Source of the DNA: Lepidodermella squamata
Lineage: Eukaryota; Animalia; Gastrotricha
DNA length: 64,000 nt
Assembly: GCA_047495785.1 (NCBI GenBank)
Contig: JBLDXI010000011.1
Location: forward strand, 868,001 to 932,000
Direction of reading: 5' to 3'
A program made the translations under genes and the position numbers. Below, in pieces: positions 37,699 to 51,162 of this stretch (positions are counted from its first letter, which is position 1; each line of letters begins with the position of its first letter). A model generated the notes under the pieces. It ran no database searches. It was not told where the DNA came from and worked only from the letters and a program-made list of their open reading frames with translations.

Positions 37699-39748
37699 AA
37701 ATTTAATTTTTAAAAACAGTAATTGAACGAGAGTTAATTATGCATTCTGGTACCTTATTCCATACTTTGTTAATTCTGTTGCCAATACAAAATCTTCGGG
37801 GATCGGAGCGACATTTAGAAGGAACTATGCAGTGTTTCGCCTTTCTAGTGTTAGTAGAATTTTCGAACAAAGATGAAAAAGAGACATCAACAAAATTGTG
37901 GTAAGCTTTGAAACAAAACAACAAATCACGTAAAATTCTACGATGTTCTAATCGTAGTGTACCAGAGTGTTTGCACGCATCATCGTAGCTCAAGGTTGGA
38001 AACACAGCTTTAAGAAATCTTTCTTGTATTTTTTCCAAATTGTCGATCGTTGTGAGAAAATAGGGGCTATACACAGTGGAACAGTAGTCCAGAATCGGTA
38101 AAACATAAGTTTTAAAAGCCATTATCTTTAATCGATTGCATCTGAAACTCTTCAAAATAGCAGAGCATAAACTTGAGCACCGGTTCATAAGTGTAGCACA
38201 ATGTTGCGTGAAGCTTAGATCCTTATCAACAACAACGCCTAGGTCTTTAGTAGACTGTACAACGCGAATAGGTATCTTATTTATAGTATAGTCTGTCGAG
38301 ATTTCATCGCTTGCTCCGATTCTCATTACACAACATTTTTCACAATTTATATCGAGACCATTTTCATTAAAACAAGAAATGACGTTGCAAAACACATTTA
38401 TCTTCATTTTTCACAATCGGTCTGAACACTTTGTTGTCATCAGCGAAAAAAAATAAGGGAGACTCGACTTTTGTGTCGATATCGATAGCTATAAGAAATA
38501 TAATAAAAAGAAGCGGTCCAAGAACTGAGCCCTGAGGCACACCTGAGTTCACATTTCTCCAACCTGACATACTGTTACCTATTTTAGTTCGGAACTTGCA
38601 GTCTAAGAGGTACGACTTTAGCCACGCGAGTAAGTTTCCGCATATGTTGAAGCTCTTAAGAGCACTTATTAGCTTGAAAATAGGAACAGAGTCGAAGGCT
38701 TTCGCCAAATCAAGGTAAATTATGTCTACGGGTATATTATTGTCTCGGTAGAACGTGAATTTATTGAGACAGATTAAGAGCAATAGTTCAACATTTCGCT
38801 TTTCCAGGAAGCCGAACTGGTTAGGCGGTATCACATTATTTCTTTTCAGATACTCAGTAAGAATATTTTTTATAATTTTTTCTTGCAATTTGCAGATCGT
38901 TCGTGGCGCGGAAGAACCAGCACTTTAGGCAAAAAAACTCGTGTACACAAGAGTACAGTATATTTATTCTGTACAAACTGGTACAGTTTTGATGGCCGTA
39001 AATGTCAGTACAGCTCATTCGACTGTAGATTGAGTACAGTTGACCAGGCTGTATATTAGATGTACAGCGTTTCATTCCTGTATCATGGCGTACAGCTCAT
39101 TGAGCTGTACGCCCAAGTACAGTCGAATGCAACGTACATGCTGAGTACAGGAGTGACAGCCGTAATGACTGTGTACGGTTCGTCTAAACCGTACACGAGA
39201 GTACAGGAGATTCATTTTTATAACGTAGTCGATGGAAGTTACGGCCCGCAAACCCACTCACAATTAGATTGACGATTTTGGTGAAAGAGTGAGAATCGGA
39301 CGAATGTGCAGGTAATTAATTATTCGACGCGACGATTGCGACGCGACGATAGACGCGACGATAGACGCGACTTCCATGTTTCGTTGCTCACATAAGAAAC
39401 TTGACAAATGATTTCAACCTCTACTCCACCTTCTCAGACAAATGAAAATTGGGCGTTGAGCAATAACGATTATAAGTAAGTTGTTTCCTTTTCAAACTCC
39501 TGTGAATAAAAAGTAGGACCGAAGTCACTTGTCACGTCTAATATACGATAAATAAGTCATCGTTTTTGATGGTAATAAAGCGCATTTTTAGCAGAAAGAG
39601 CAACTCGTGTCAAAATAAGGAATATAATCACACTTCATATTTCCTTCATGGTGACGATATATCCTATTTTTTCTTCACAGCCCGTTGCCGATATTACCAT
39701 TGCAAACGATTGTTCACATTTTTCGTGATTTTAGGTAAATTTTCTGAA

Positions 39749-40782
39749 ATGACTGACTCAATAGTAAAAGTGACTATCGGCGAGTCAAAGTGGGCACGTT
39801 GCGTTAGAATGAATAGTTCCGCGGAGAACCCTTTAGTATTTTTAAAAACGAAAATCTACCCCGTCTTCCGCAACATCTTTAAAGCTGACGACTATGGCCT
39901 TTTTTGGCATGATGGTGATCATTTCGTCATCATTGATGACGATGATGACCTCCTGCTAGCGTTTCACTTGAATCCAGAGCGCCTTCATATATCAGTCTTT
40001 TTTGGACGCTATCTCGAGGACCTAATGACGCTACAGCCATCTTTGTCGCAAAAGGTCGAGGACTTGACGAGAATGATTTCAGGTATTTGTGAATATTTTT
40101 ATCGAATATATCCTAGGTGGAAGTTCCTCTGATTTTCAAATTTTATGCTCAAAAGGAGAAAGTTTTCAGGACAGATCTTCCTAGTTTAGGTTAAATGTAA
40201 GCTGAATTGCTGGAAAAATCGCAAATTTATCCCAGTTTTTCGCAGCGCTAGGGTTCAGATTGTTTATGCATATTTCTTTAATTAAATGTCTCTAATTTTG
40301 CATAAGAATTACAAACCGAACCTAAGCCGTCGCCGGCCCAGACGCCTTTCAATGCGCCACCTCTGAGTTTAGGTGCGTCACAGTCTCACCTACCCATTGT
40401 CACCGGTACCAGTGGCTCCAGAGCGGCACCGCAGACAGTTGTTGATCGGACTGGGTCACTTTACGACAAAGTCAAGGAAGTCCCGCTCCTAAAGGCGGTT
40501 GCTAGGACAATGGATGAGCGCCGGGACCTTGGGGAGCCAGGCTACGTCAGGTCAACAACTGAGCACTTCCACCAAATACTCAAGGAGATGGGTACTTGCT
40601 TCGAAGAGTCCTTTGGGGGACGTACCGTCACTAATGTGATGAGCAAAATGAACCAATACAGGGTAAGGCAGTCCTAGTCTTGCTGAAGGCGTGGTTGCGA
40701 GTTTTTGTGAGGTTTTAAAATGGAATGAGGTGGAAATTACTTTAAATCTTCTTTTATATAACCAATTTCTTAGAGGTTTTAA
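39749..40782 (+). CDS. Sola gene A, ~230 aa, PB1-like + Myb/SANT-like: exons 39749-40082, 40307-40662, then 40774-40782 (or unspliced stop at 40677)
   Basis: LFWHDGDHFVIIDDDDDLLLA resembles the acidic OPCA motif of PB1 domains. Exon 2 (absent from the ORF track) ends ...FEESFGGRTVTNVMSKMNQYR. Confidence 0.7.
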
Positions 40783-40791
40783 AATATCGAG

Positions 40792-41163
40792 ATGGCCGCC
40801 ATGGAACTTGATGAAACTACTGCTGAGTCTGAGTTGCGCCTAACGCGAAGCGAATGGCTTGAGTTGGAAAAATCTAAGAAAAAAACATCTAGAAGCTTGA
40901 GAGTCAAAGGCCAACGACGAGTTATGGGTAAATTTGTTGGGAAAAAACCTCATCGAATCGGTTTTCGCCGAAAGTGCCGCTTGTGCGATAAAACATTTTT
41001 CGATTCATCCGGTTTGAAAAAACATTTACAATTGTATTGCAAAAAAACAGGCAGCTTAGCTCTTACTGAGAAGGAAATTGAAGAATTGATTTATTGGTCA
41101 AAAAAAAATTATTTTGTCAAACAAAATGAGGCACCCAAGAGGCGATCTAGTATGAAAAATTAG
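40792..41163 (+). CDS. Basic zinc-finger ORF, probably the first exon of the Sola transposase
   Basis: CRLCDKTFFDSSGLKKHLQLYC. It joins the transposase frame through intron 41150-41216 only if the A9 run at 41100-41108 is one base shorter. Confidence 0.6.
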   Translation: MAAMELDETTAESELRLTRSEWLELEKSKKKTSRSLRVKGQRRVMGKFVGKKPHRIGFRRKCRLCDKTFFDSSGLKKHLQLYCKKTGSLALTEKEIEELIYWSKKNYFVKQNEAPKRRSSMKN

Positions 41164-41216
41164 CCGATGAGAACTAAAAATGATGCATATTGAACTTGAT
41201 TATTGTTTATCTTTAG

Positions 41217-43452
41217 GACTTTATTTTGTCTACCTTAATAATGTCGAGCAATTCTCATTCTGATGTTAGCGCGACTTGCTCGTCGTGCTTGGGCTCTGCT
41301 GTTGGCAATGTATTGAGCAGAATGCTGGACAACCTCTCAGTTGTTTCCGCAACGTCAACGCCTTCTCAAATGTCGAATATTTCAGAAATTTCGAATGCTG
41401 ACTATTTGCCTTCATTCATTTGGCCGAAAACTGAAGAAAGTGACGCGACCCTAGACTCTTCCTCCGATATAGCTAGAAACTTGAAACCCGGTGAGCCAGA
41501 TCGAAACGTCCTGTTTCCACCGCTTCGGCCATTTTTATTTTATCATTGCAAGTGCCCAAATCGTTGTAAAGACTATTTTCCTCAGCAAAATGTCCGCCGG
41601 CTATATGACGCTTTTCAAAACAGCAATTTAGATGACCGGCGCAGCTTCATAATTCGCCAAGTAATACCTCGACGTGGTCCTTCGAAACACCACACTTTTC
41701 AATTCGATGGCGCGTTTTCGAACAAGGCTTCGGCCGGCAACATTCGCGTGTGTTCGAAGTTTTTCCACAGCGCCCTTGGCCTTTCCCCGCGCAACTTCGT
41801 CGAGTGGACTTTAAAGAATAAAATTGGCGATCTAGGTTTCGCCAAGCCGGATGAACGAGGTTGTCAGCCCAATCCTAACGCAATCTCAAACGAACAGTTT
41901 GATCACTGCTGCAGGTAATTCCTTCCGGTCGATTTATGAAAACATTTATTTGCAAATTATTACAGATTCATTGATAGCTATGAGCGTGCACCCGGTCATT
42001 ATGTCCGAAAAAATTCCAGAAAAGTTTATATCCAAGGAGACATAACGCAGCGAGAAATGTTCGATGCATATTTGAGGCACTTTTCAACTCTCTCAGCGGG
42101 CCTATACCCACTTGGCTTCTCTTCCTTCAAACGGGTTTTACGCGAAGCCTACCCCGAACTGTCTTTGAAATTAACCAAGAAAGACAAGTGTTGCAAATGC
42201 AGAAAATTTAGATTGCGGCTACGCGAAAACAGAGTTGACGAGAGGCGCAAATCTATCTTCCAGGTGCATTTATACATGAAGAACGCTGCTAGGCGAGCTT
42301 GCAAGGCCGATACGAAAATGGCCCAAGAGAAATCGGAGGTTGTCGTGATACAGCTAGACTATGAAAAAGCATTGTTAAGCCCGGCTATTTCCGATGCAAA
42401 CTATCACTACAGGAAAATGAAAACTTGGAATTGCGGTATTTTTGCGATGTTTATATATATTTTAAATATATATTATATCTGTTGCAGTGATTTATGAAAT
42501 GGTGTCTAAGAATGCGTTTTGCTTCATGTCCGATGACATTGACCTTGAACACCCTGACGGTAGCTCCGCTGGATCTGCGTTATATGCCTATATAACCAAG
42601 TATTTACCGGTTCACCATCCGAACTGCCGTACGCTGATCATATATAGTGACAACGGCACAGGGAACCACAGCAGCTACTTCGCAAACGCCGTCATGTTCG
42701 CATTGGAAAACACAACATCACAGCTCCAATCGGTCCATCACAAATTTTTCCAAGCTAATCATACAATGATGGTCGTTGACCATTGTCATTCGTAATTTAT
42801 GAATAAAAAATTGGCCGTTTTTCAACTTTTCAATTTTGTCAGATTGATTGAGCGAAGAGGCAGCCGGCATTCCATCAATTTCCCTACAGACTGGCGAGAA
42901 GTCGCCCGAATTTGTCGCCCTGAACAACCATTTTTCATTCACGATTTGTCTTGGGATGAGCTCCTGGATTTCCACGGCGAGCCAAGCTTCACATCAAAGC
43001 TTCGGAAGCCAAAAAACTGGAGAATGAGCAACAACCTCAACTGTGACCTTTTCGGGATTGGAACCAAGCCTAGCACAAAAAGCGATTATTTACCATGGTC
43101 GGAAGGCGTTTGGTTCAGATATCGAAAGGGGACGAAAGCTGTCTTTGTTCGAGACGGCTACGAAGCGAAATGGCCTTGGAAGATGTACAGTCTATCGAAA
43201 AATTCGCTCAAAAAAGTACCAGTAGGAATTCCCCCGAAACTGAGAAAGTCCCCTCTTCCACTCCCTTACCCTTTGATGGCTGACATGCTTGAGATGCTGA
43301 AGAACGAAATTATACCGAGGTCATATACCGAGAAGATTCTTGATCTTCCTTATCAGCCGTGGAATGGCAAACAATCCGACAAGCGTGCAATATTTGAGAG
43401 CTTCAATGTTAGAAAAAATTCAGTGCCTTATGATTCAGATTTTGATGATTGA
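41217..43452 (+). CDS. Sola1-type DDD transposase core: exons 41217-41914, 41966-42435, 42488-42791, 42843-43452
   Basis: VCSKFF..ALG, GHYVR, DKCCKC, LDYEK.L.SP....YH.RK...WN, YSDN, KFF..NHT...VD motifs; introns of 51, 52 and 51 nt keep the frame. Confidence 0.87.
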
Positions 43453-43949
43453 ATAAAAGATACCTAATTTCTATATTTGTATGATATAACATGAGTAGGA
43501 ATCTATATTTGAGTGAAGCACGAAATATAGATCGAGTAAAGCGAATGAAACGAGTGAAATCGAGGCGGAGCGAGCCGGTAGGCGAGCGGAGACGAGATTT
43601 CACGAGGTGAATTAGTCGAACCTAATCACTAATCAGTCAATCAAATTACGTAATAGATAAAACAGCCGAATAACCACTATACTTTGCGTTCACTTGCTGA
43701 CGAAATATCGCGAAAAATGGGAATTTAAATTTGAGTAAACATTTGGATCGAAAATAATTGGTGGCATCCGCTAAGCTATAAGTCTAAGGTCTTCGCATCT
43801 GCAACTGCAGGGATCTGAAGCTGAACTGAAGGGATCTGAAGCTGAAAACTGCTATCCCGATCAAGATAAATAAACTTTACCAAAGAATACGGCACAGACC
43901 ATATACCGTACTTGAAGTGCGACATCGTCTTCTGTATTTCGCATGTACA

Positions 43950-44085
43950 CTATCTTCTCTCCTGTACTTGAAGTACAGTATCTCTCCTGTACTTGAAGTA
44001 CAGTATCTCTCCTGTACTTGAAGTACAGTATCTCTCCTGTACTTGAAGTACAGTATCTCTCCTGTACTATAAGTACAGTATTTGA
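43950..44085 (+). repeat. 25-bp tandem repeat TCTCTCCTGTACTTGAAGTACAGTA (~5 copies), Sola subterminal region
   Basis: Seen directly; each unit contains the inverted repeat CTGTACTT-G-AAGTACAG. Confidence 0.9.
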
Positions 44086-46699
44086 GCCGTATGCATGAGT
44101 ACTGCCCGATCACTACAGTACTAAGCAGTACGGTCAGGCGTGCCGTACTGGGGTGTACAGCTAATTTCAGCTGTACAGCGAGTACAGCGCGCCGACTGTA
44201 CTTTATTTTACAGTCGGTTTGAGCAGTACTGCTGTTTTACAGAGCCATGGACTGTACATTTCGGTACTGCTGAACAAAAAAAATAAGCAAAGTGCTGGTT
44301 CTTCCGCGACACGAACGAGATGTTACTGGTAAGACTGATAGGCCGGTAATTTTTAGCTTCCAGCCGAGATCCGCTTTTCTTGTAGATAGGAATAACATCT
44401 GCCACCTTCCAAACGTCAGGTAGCTGACCTGAGAGCATAGAAGAGTTGAAGATGATAGAAAGAGGTACAGAGAGAGAAGTAGCGAGATTTTTAAGTAAAA
44501 ATTGAGGCAGATTGTCAGAGCCACCGCCCAATTTTGGCTTCAAGTTGGAGAGATACAGAGATACAGTATATTCGTCGAACTGAATGTGTTGTAGGCAGTC
44601 ATTTGTAATCTTGTTATTATAACTGGCCCCCTCCGTAGATAAAGGCCTAAAATTCGCAGAGAAAGTGTCGGCAAAAAGCTCAGCCTTGTCTAAATCGCTA
44701 ACGACAATTTTTTCTTTCGATTTCATCGCTGAGGGCACAGACGATTTGTTTTCTTTCAAGAAATTTGATACGAATTCAAAGATTTTTTTCGCTGAACCAT
44801 TTTCCAGAAGATCGTTTTCCCTTTGATACTGAAATTTTAGCATTTCTTTTTTGAAAGAACTTTCCGCCGCTTTGAACTTGTTTCGCGCATCGGCATCATT
44901 TAGCTTGTTTTTCAGATATTTGCGATACGCTCGCTTCCTTTTATTTTCTAACGAGCTCGCTTTATTTTTGGATTTGCGGCGCCTTCTGGAATTCAGTTTT
45001 AAATTCCTGCGCGGAGAAAATTGAATAATTCCTCTATACATGATATCCAAAAACGCTGAGTAATTTTCGTCTACGCTAGTAGATTTCAGAATTTCCTGCC
45101 AGTCATACATTTGAAGATATTCTGAAAAAGCAAAGAAGTTAGTGTTTCTGATATCAAAAACGCCATTGATGTCGTTTGAGACGGAGGGCGGTTTGTTTAC
45201 AATGTTTAGATTTATAATCATTGTATCGTGATCGGTTTTAGGTAAGGGTGTGAGTACGGTGATATTTTCTACAATGTCGCGAGATTTAGTTATGACCAGA
45301 TCAAGAATGTTTTTCCCAGCGCGAGTAGGTTTTTCTACATTTTGAACAAGATTAGTGTGAGTATTTACAACACCGAGAAGATAGTCAAAGAGGTGTTTAG
45401 TTGCCAAGTCTGAAGCGTACATCGAGCGATAGCAATAGGTTAGTTCTCGGCGCCTCACCTCAGAGGTCGTTGGAGACCACTTTCAGGAATTTTTTGGGGG
45501 GTGTTTTATTCCCGATACCCCCAACCCCCCACCCTGACCGCGCCCTGATTTCAACCAAAAAACGTGCGAAGCGAGGAAATATTTAATATTTTTTACTAAA
45601 AACCGCTCTGAAACCTGTTAAAATTGACTAAACAGAAGGCGAAAGTTAAGTTTCAAGCTGAAAGTGTTAAAAAAGCATGTTCTATAGCACTGAAAACGTT
45701 GATAATAAGTTTTTACATGTTTTTGCCTTCCGACCCATGCGACCCGCAGTCTTCCTAGCGACCCATCAGAAAATCCTCTGCGACCCTATTTTGGGTCGCG
45801 AACCCCCTCATGAGAACCGCTTTAACTCAATCTCAATGTAGATCCATGTCATTGCACAACATCACCAGTGATATAGTACGGATGCTAAGGAACATACTTT
45901 GATCTCAAGTTAGATTTCACTCAGATAACAAGCAGTGTACGCCGAGAAAGGGTCTATGTATCTATGAATGGAGGTAACTTTACTTACCTTAATCTCAACT
46001 TAGATGTATGTCATTGCACAACATTAACATTAAGATGCACAATACTCATACTCATATTCATTTTTATTGCAAATTATTTTTCGTCAGTTAGAAAATAGTC
46101 AAGTTTAGTTTAGCAGAAAGTTGTTTCTTGGCGCCTCACCGCAGAAGTCACGCAGTTTTCCAATGAAGCCGAATTAATTTTTAGATATTCACTGAAAGCC
46201 CTGTGAGAGTTGTTAACCACGCAAGACAGCAGACGGTTCCACGCAGCACGCACGCGCCTGGAACAGCTGAATTTATACTAATTAGCGATAGGATCTTAAG
46301 CCCTCACATCCTCTTTGCATTGAGATGGAGATTAGAGATGTCTTAATCCTGTTCAATCTTGACTCCCTGATATTATAGATGTTACGATCGACTCATGTCA
46401 ACTTTATCTTCCCCGGAAAGACACTATACTGAGATGCATATAATCTTTAGAATGTTAGAATCATCTGTAGCAAAAGATCTATATTGTGATTTAGATACCC
46501 AATACCCACCTATCGTTCAAATGCATGTGAAATGGAAAATTGGGAACGTGAGTAATATTCATCAGTCGCCTCACAATCGCTTCAATGACAAGGCCTTGAA
46601 AAAAGCCCGTTTGCTTCGAAAAAGAAATGAAAAATGTCATCAAATTATTTTAGGAATAATCAAAAATAACAATGAACTCAAATTCTCATTCTCAAATTA

Positions 46700-47040
46700 A
46701 ACCTTCAACATGGCATTCATCACAGTAAACATGTCATGTTGTTTGAAACATGGTATTGTCTTGCTGCCATTTTTAACTTTTCGCGCGCTACCATTATAAG
46801 TTGCAATGTTTTGCTCTTTTTTCGCTTCACATTTAAACAGTTCTGTATCATAAAATTTCAAATGGCGAGTCTGAAATTACATGTGTCATGTCAGGCACTG
46901 TTTCATCAGTGTAAGGCTGACTGATGCGGCAAATAGTCTGCAAGGTTGATCTGTAACGCGTATGGTCGATGCTTGGTGTCGGTCTGAAATGAAGTGTAGC
47001 CTTCAACGCATCAATGTTCACCTTTTTGATGCGGAATGTC
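46700..47040 (+). repeat. Dispersed repeat, related copy at ~63170-63520
   Basis: Shared blocks CAACATG.CATT, TAAACATGTCATGTT and AAGGCTGAC.GATG.GGC in the same order. Confidence 0.6.
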
Positions 47041-49327
47041 TTGCAACCTGCAATAAGGTGTGATATATTTATGAAAAATTCCACATGGCCGATCTACATT
47101 TTTCGGAGAACCCAGATTCAACAAGTTTGTATTTCATCGTTTGATGTATGATTCGGATTTTCCGGCACCAAATTCGGCACCATTCTGCACCAATTTTCGG
47201 CACATTTATTGGGCACTTCTGACACCTGTTCTGCACCGATTCCGCAACGATTCCGCACGACGTTCGGCAAACCTGTTCCGCCCTTTCGGCACATAAATTC
47301 CGCACTTTCGGCACAATTATCGAGGCATTCGGCACCTGCACGTACGGCGAGACCTTTCCGTACGTTCGGCAAGGCCTTTCCGCACGTTCGGCAAGGCCGC
47401 CCGAAAAGCTATTTTTTACATTCATGAGAATGACATAAAACAATTTTATTTTGCAAAAAATGCGTCAAAAACATGTATTTTGAACATATTTCGAGCAAAA
47501 ACATCATATTGTCGTCATATTGTTTAGTGGCGCAATCAACTCATGCTTTGCATACTGCGGTTCTGGCGGTTCCAGCCTCGCCAATCTCTCAAGTCGATTG
47601 CAATCGAAAAACTAACCACATATTCTTGTTCAGCGCGTGATTCAGCGTAAGAGAGATTCGATTTAGACATCTACTGACAACAAAACATGAAAATTGTGTA
47701 TACTTGTATTTTGTATACTCTGAAATTTCGCTTGTACTCTCGTGCCTTTGGCCTCGCCCCAGTAGCTTTTCCTAAAAGGGGGAGGTATCTAACTCGCTAT
47801 AACTGTACAGTGTTATGATTGGCTGGGAACGTTCTGGAAACTTCTATACCCTTTTTCTAGTATATTCGATTCCCGCCACATACTCGTATAAAAGTCACTG
47901 ATTTATCGAAATAAACAAGATTGAAGTTTGCTCACTAGTCTCGTGTTTGTGTAACGATTAGTTATTGTTTTGATATTGTTGTTCATGTTTGTTTGGCATT
48001 TGGCCATTGTACTATCAGCTCATTCATAACTTGGCTTCTATTGCGTTTCCCTCATTAGTCATAGCTGTGGCCTATAATAAGGCGTAGATGTATCATTTTC
48101 AGTATTCTGGTTATTTTCAATGAATAAATCAAGCATCTCGGGAAACGTTGACTCTTCATGACAGTTTGACTCTTACTCGTTTGATGTTTGATTGCAATAA
48201 AATTTTAATTGGTGATTCTTCGGTGATCTTGTTTTGTTTGTTGTTGGTAAAAACAAACCTGCATCCGGCACAATGGGCGTAAAAAGGTAAACATGTAAAA
48301 ATGGGCGTTTCGCAACAATGAATGCGCACCAGATGTGGTGTTTTAGATTGATTCGAGCAAAAAGAAAGTGTTGGTTTTCCTGTGCCGTTTCTCATATTCA
48401 GAAGTGCTACATGGGTGCTTGGATCCCGCACTTCCGCCTCAGCTGCAAATAAGCATGTAAATATGAAGAAACATGCCCGCGAACGAAAACTCAATCCCCT
48501 CTCGGCAAAGATCCTCCTTTCTGCACTGGTCGGAACAATTTCTGCGTCGATAATTCAAAATGAACAAAATGATGCTTCGACACACAGGGTCAAAAAGAGC
48601 TCAAGAAATTGGCCACTGTGGAAGCCTTTGTTTTCTCCCGATCTCTAGATGAAACGCCGTCGCTATTCAACACTTTCAATTCATCACATGAATATAACAC
48701 TGTGTCTGTGTTTTCGACCTTGAAACCCAAATCTATATTTTTTATATTTCAAATATAGATTTGAATATGAACTATATTTCCGTTCTATATCTGATAAAGA
48801 CTGATTCCTATAGAATACAAATTGAGTGAGTATGCGATTTGGGTTCCGCAGTGAATCTTTCATGCACAGTTGGGGCACCCTTGAGAGGTTTTAAATTGTT
48901 GCCTTTTTAAATTTTGAGCAACGTGGCCTCGCCTACGGTCAGGAATTGGCACATGATATTTTGTGCGCTTACTGAAATGGGTTCGGACTGTTTATGGCCA
49001 AAATATGAAACTCATGCTTATGGAATGACAAGGGTTTGAAAAAGACGACTTTTTTAGGTATATCTAGTTAACCCTACCCTATATTTGTGAACGAAGAATC
49101 ATATATTTTCCTATTATGATATTTATTCAACTTATGAATGCCATCAATACTGAATGGAAGCAGTAGTCAGATGTAATCAGAAAACTATTACAACGATCAA
49201 GCATTAAACTCTCATTCTGTTGGCTCGAACTTACTTTTTTTATCAAGGAATTATGATTAAACTTAAGAGTTCTTCTTACACGTTGTACAACGCCAGCATA
49301 ACAAGGGTGTTTGAGCTGTCGCCATTT

Positions 49328-50206
49328 TTACGTCGGGGAAGTCGTGGCACACGAGTCAAAGCTAAGACCATAGGCAGAAACAGCCGGGCCCCATGCGTTG
49401 GTACCTGCCGGGGTGCCACCAAACACGCTGGTGCAACATAAAGTAAAACTGGCGTAAGCGAACGGGGAGGAAGCGAGTTTCTGAAAAAAGTCCCATTTAT
49501 ACAAGCACGTTACAATTTCGCGTTAACAAACCAAATCAGCGCTCGAGGCAAGTGCGTCCGTGCCGGAAGATGTGTATGGGAAGCGAGTGCAGTAACCTTT
49601 TTTCGTGTTAGCCGGCGACGCAGGAGTGGCGATTTTGTATGGCAGCGTGTCAGACGTCATGACGTAGCATATTAACGTTGGATTTCCTGTTCCTAAAGCC
49701 GGGATGTATTCATAGTTCAGGTTCGTTGCTGTATTGCTGGAAGCAGCATTGCAGCATGCAGAGAACGTGTCGTAGGCATTTGGGGTTGTGGTTTGTTGCT
49801 ACAACAAGTTGAATAAGACAATGGAATTGGCATTTATTTAGAAACATACAGTAATGCCGCTACCGAAGGCGCTTGTGCAAGCAACACCGGTTGAAATGCA
49901 CACCTTGAGGGCTACTCCACTGATACCAGAGCCACCAGTGGATGTACCAGTGCAGAGTTGGAATGAGCCCTGCATGAGAAAATGTGGCTTGTTTTATTTT
50001 TACAGCGGGTGGGAGTTTACCGATGTTTGGCATGTTTTCGTGGTGTCACTGCAAACATTGCTTGATGAAACACAAGTGCTGCCAGATGTGCATGTTGTCG
50101 TTCCGGATGCAGTAGTCGGACAAGGCGTTGTAGTTGTTGATGCTGGACAGCCTAAACAACTAGTAAACAGGGTGGCGGCGGCAAACAACACAAAGAGAAT
50201 GGCCAT
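49328..50206 (-). CDS. Secreted Cys/Thr-rich protein, paralog E (mirror of D)
   Basis: Reverse complement of 34068-34946. Confidence 0.9.
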
Positions 50207-51162
50207 GTTGAGATAATTTGAAATGATCTTTAATGGCGAAATGCTATGCACTAATAAAATCAATCTCAAGTGGCGGCCTTTTGTTCAATTCATCAGTCGC
50301 CGCAGACCTAAAATGTACAGACTGTCCGCTAAGGTTTCACCGATCGAGCAAGGCTTCTCCTATGAGCTATGAGCGGGCATACTTGACCCTCTTGTAATGA
50401 CGGGGAACTCCCCGTTGTCGTGGGGCGCGTTCCGTCCGTCCGTCCGTCAGTACGTACGTACGTCAAGCGTGCGCAGTAACTATCAAGCGTGCGCAGTAAC
50501 TCGGCACGCCGTTCGCGCACTCCTACATATGACGAAGGAGGATGTGTAGCTGTTCTCTCTGTGCGCAGTAATTCCGCACGTGTGCGCACTCTGTAAGGTA
50601 ACGATTCTTTTGAACACGCAACGTAACGTGCGGTCCGGCATGAGCTATACAATGCGCACTCCTATTTCATGACAGACATTACTCATAAAAACCAACTCGA
50701 AATGCTGTCTTAAAATGGTGTATGGGTGTCACTATGGGTGTCACCAACTATCTCGTCATGCGTACAACGCACTCTCAACGCCAGCAGTAGCAGCAACAGC
50801 GGCAAAAACGTGGCGACGGCAGCAACATCATGAGCGAAGCGAAATAGCTACAATTCATCAGAATTGATCAGAATCACAGATTTTCCACAGCCACCAATCC
50901 CTATCATCCCAAATTTTAAGATGCTTTCGATGCCTTACCCCGGCGAGCTACGAAGCGCGACGCAGTGGGAAGCTTTGAAGCGCTTCGGCTTGTGGAAAGC
51001 TTGCATGTGGCCATGACGTACTCCCTGGTAACTGTGTAGTTCCTGGTGACTCGAGTGCTGTGTTAATTCGCCTGATTACCCAAGAGTGTCTCGATGGTCT
51101 CAGGATTCAGGATCCCTCGTGTACTTCCACAGGGTTGAAGTCTGGTGGACCAGTCGTTTGCT

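Larger units (their letters stand above)
38898..44317 (+). mobile_element. Sola1-type DNA transposon, 5420 bp, 29-bp TIR, 4-bp TSD AGAT
   Basis: AGAT-CGTTCGTGGCGCGGAAGAACCAGCACTTT ... AAAGTGCTGGTTCTTCCGCGACACGAACG-AGAT (1 mismatch); GTACAG-rich subterminal regions. Confidence 0.95.
37318..45458 (-). mobile_element. 5'-truncated CR1-group LINE (partial endonuclease + RT), frameshifted, interrupted by a Sola element and a MULE-type MITE
   Basis: PTR..NILDLVIT..TDH (endonuclease), NYRPISLTS, YLDLAKAFDSV, SGVPQGSVLGPLLF, FADD, KDLGV; (TAAA)n tail at 37318-37341. Removing the Sola element rejoins ...SLTSN-I-CKLQEKI. Confidence 0.93.

Noticed and set aside
43950-44085. CRISPR-like array
   Set aside because: Units are contiguous with no unique spacers, the context is eukaryotic and no cas genes are present.
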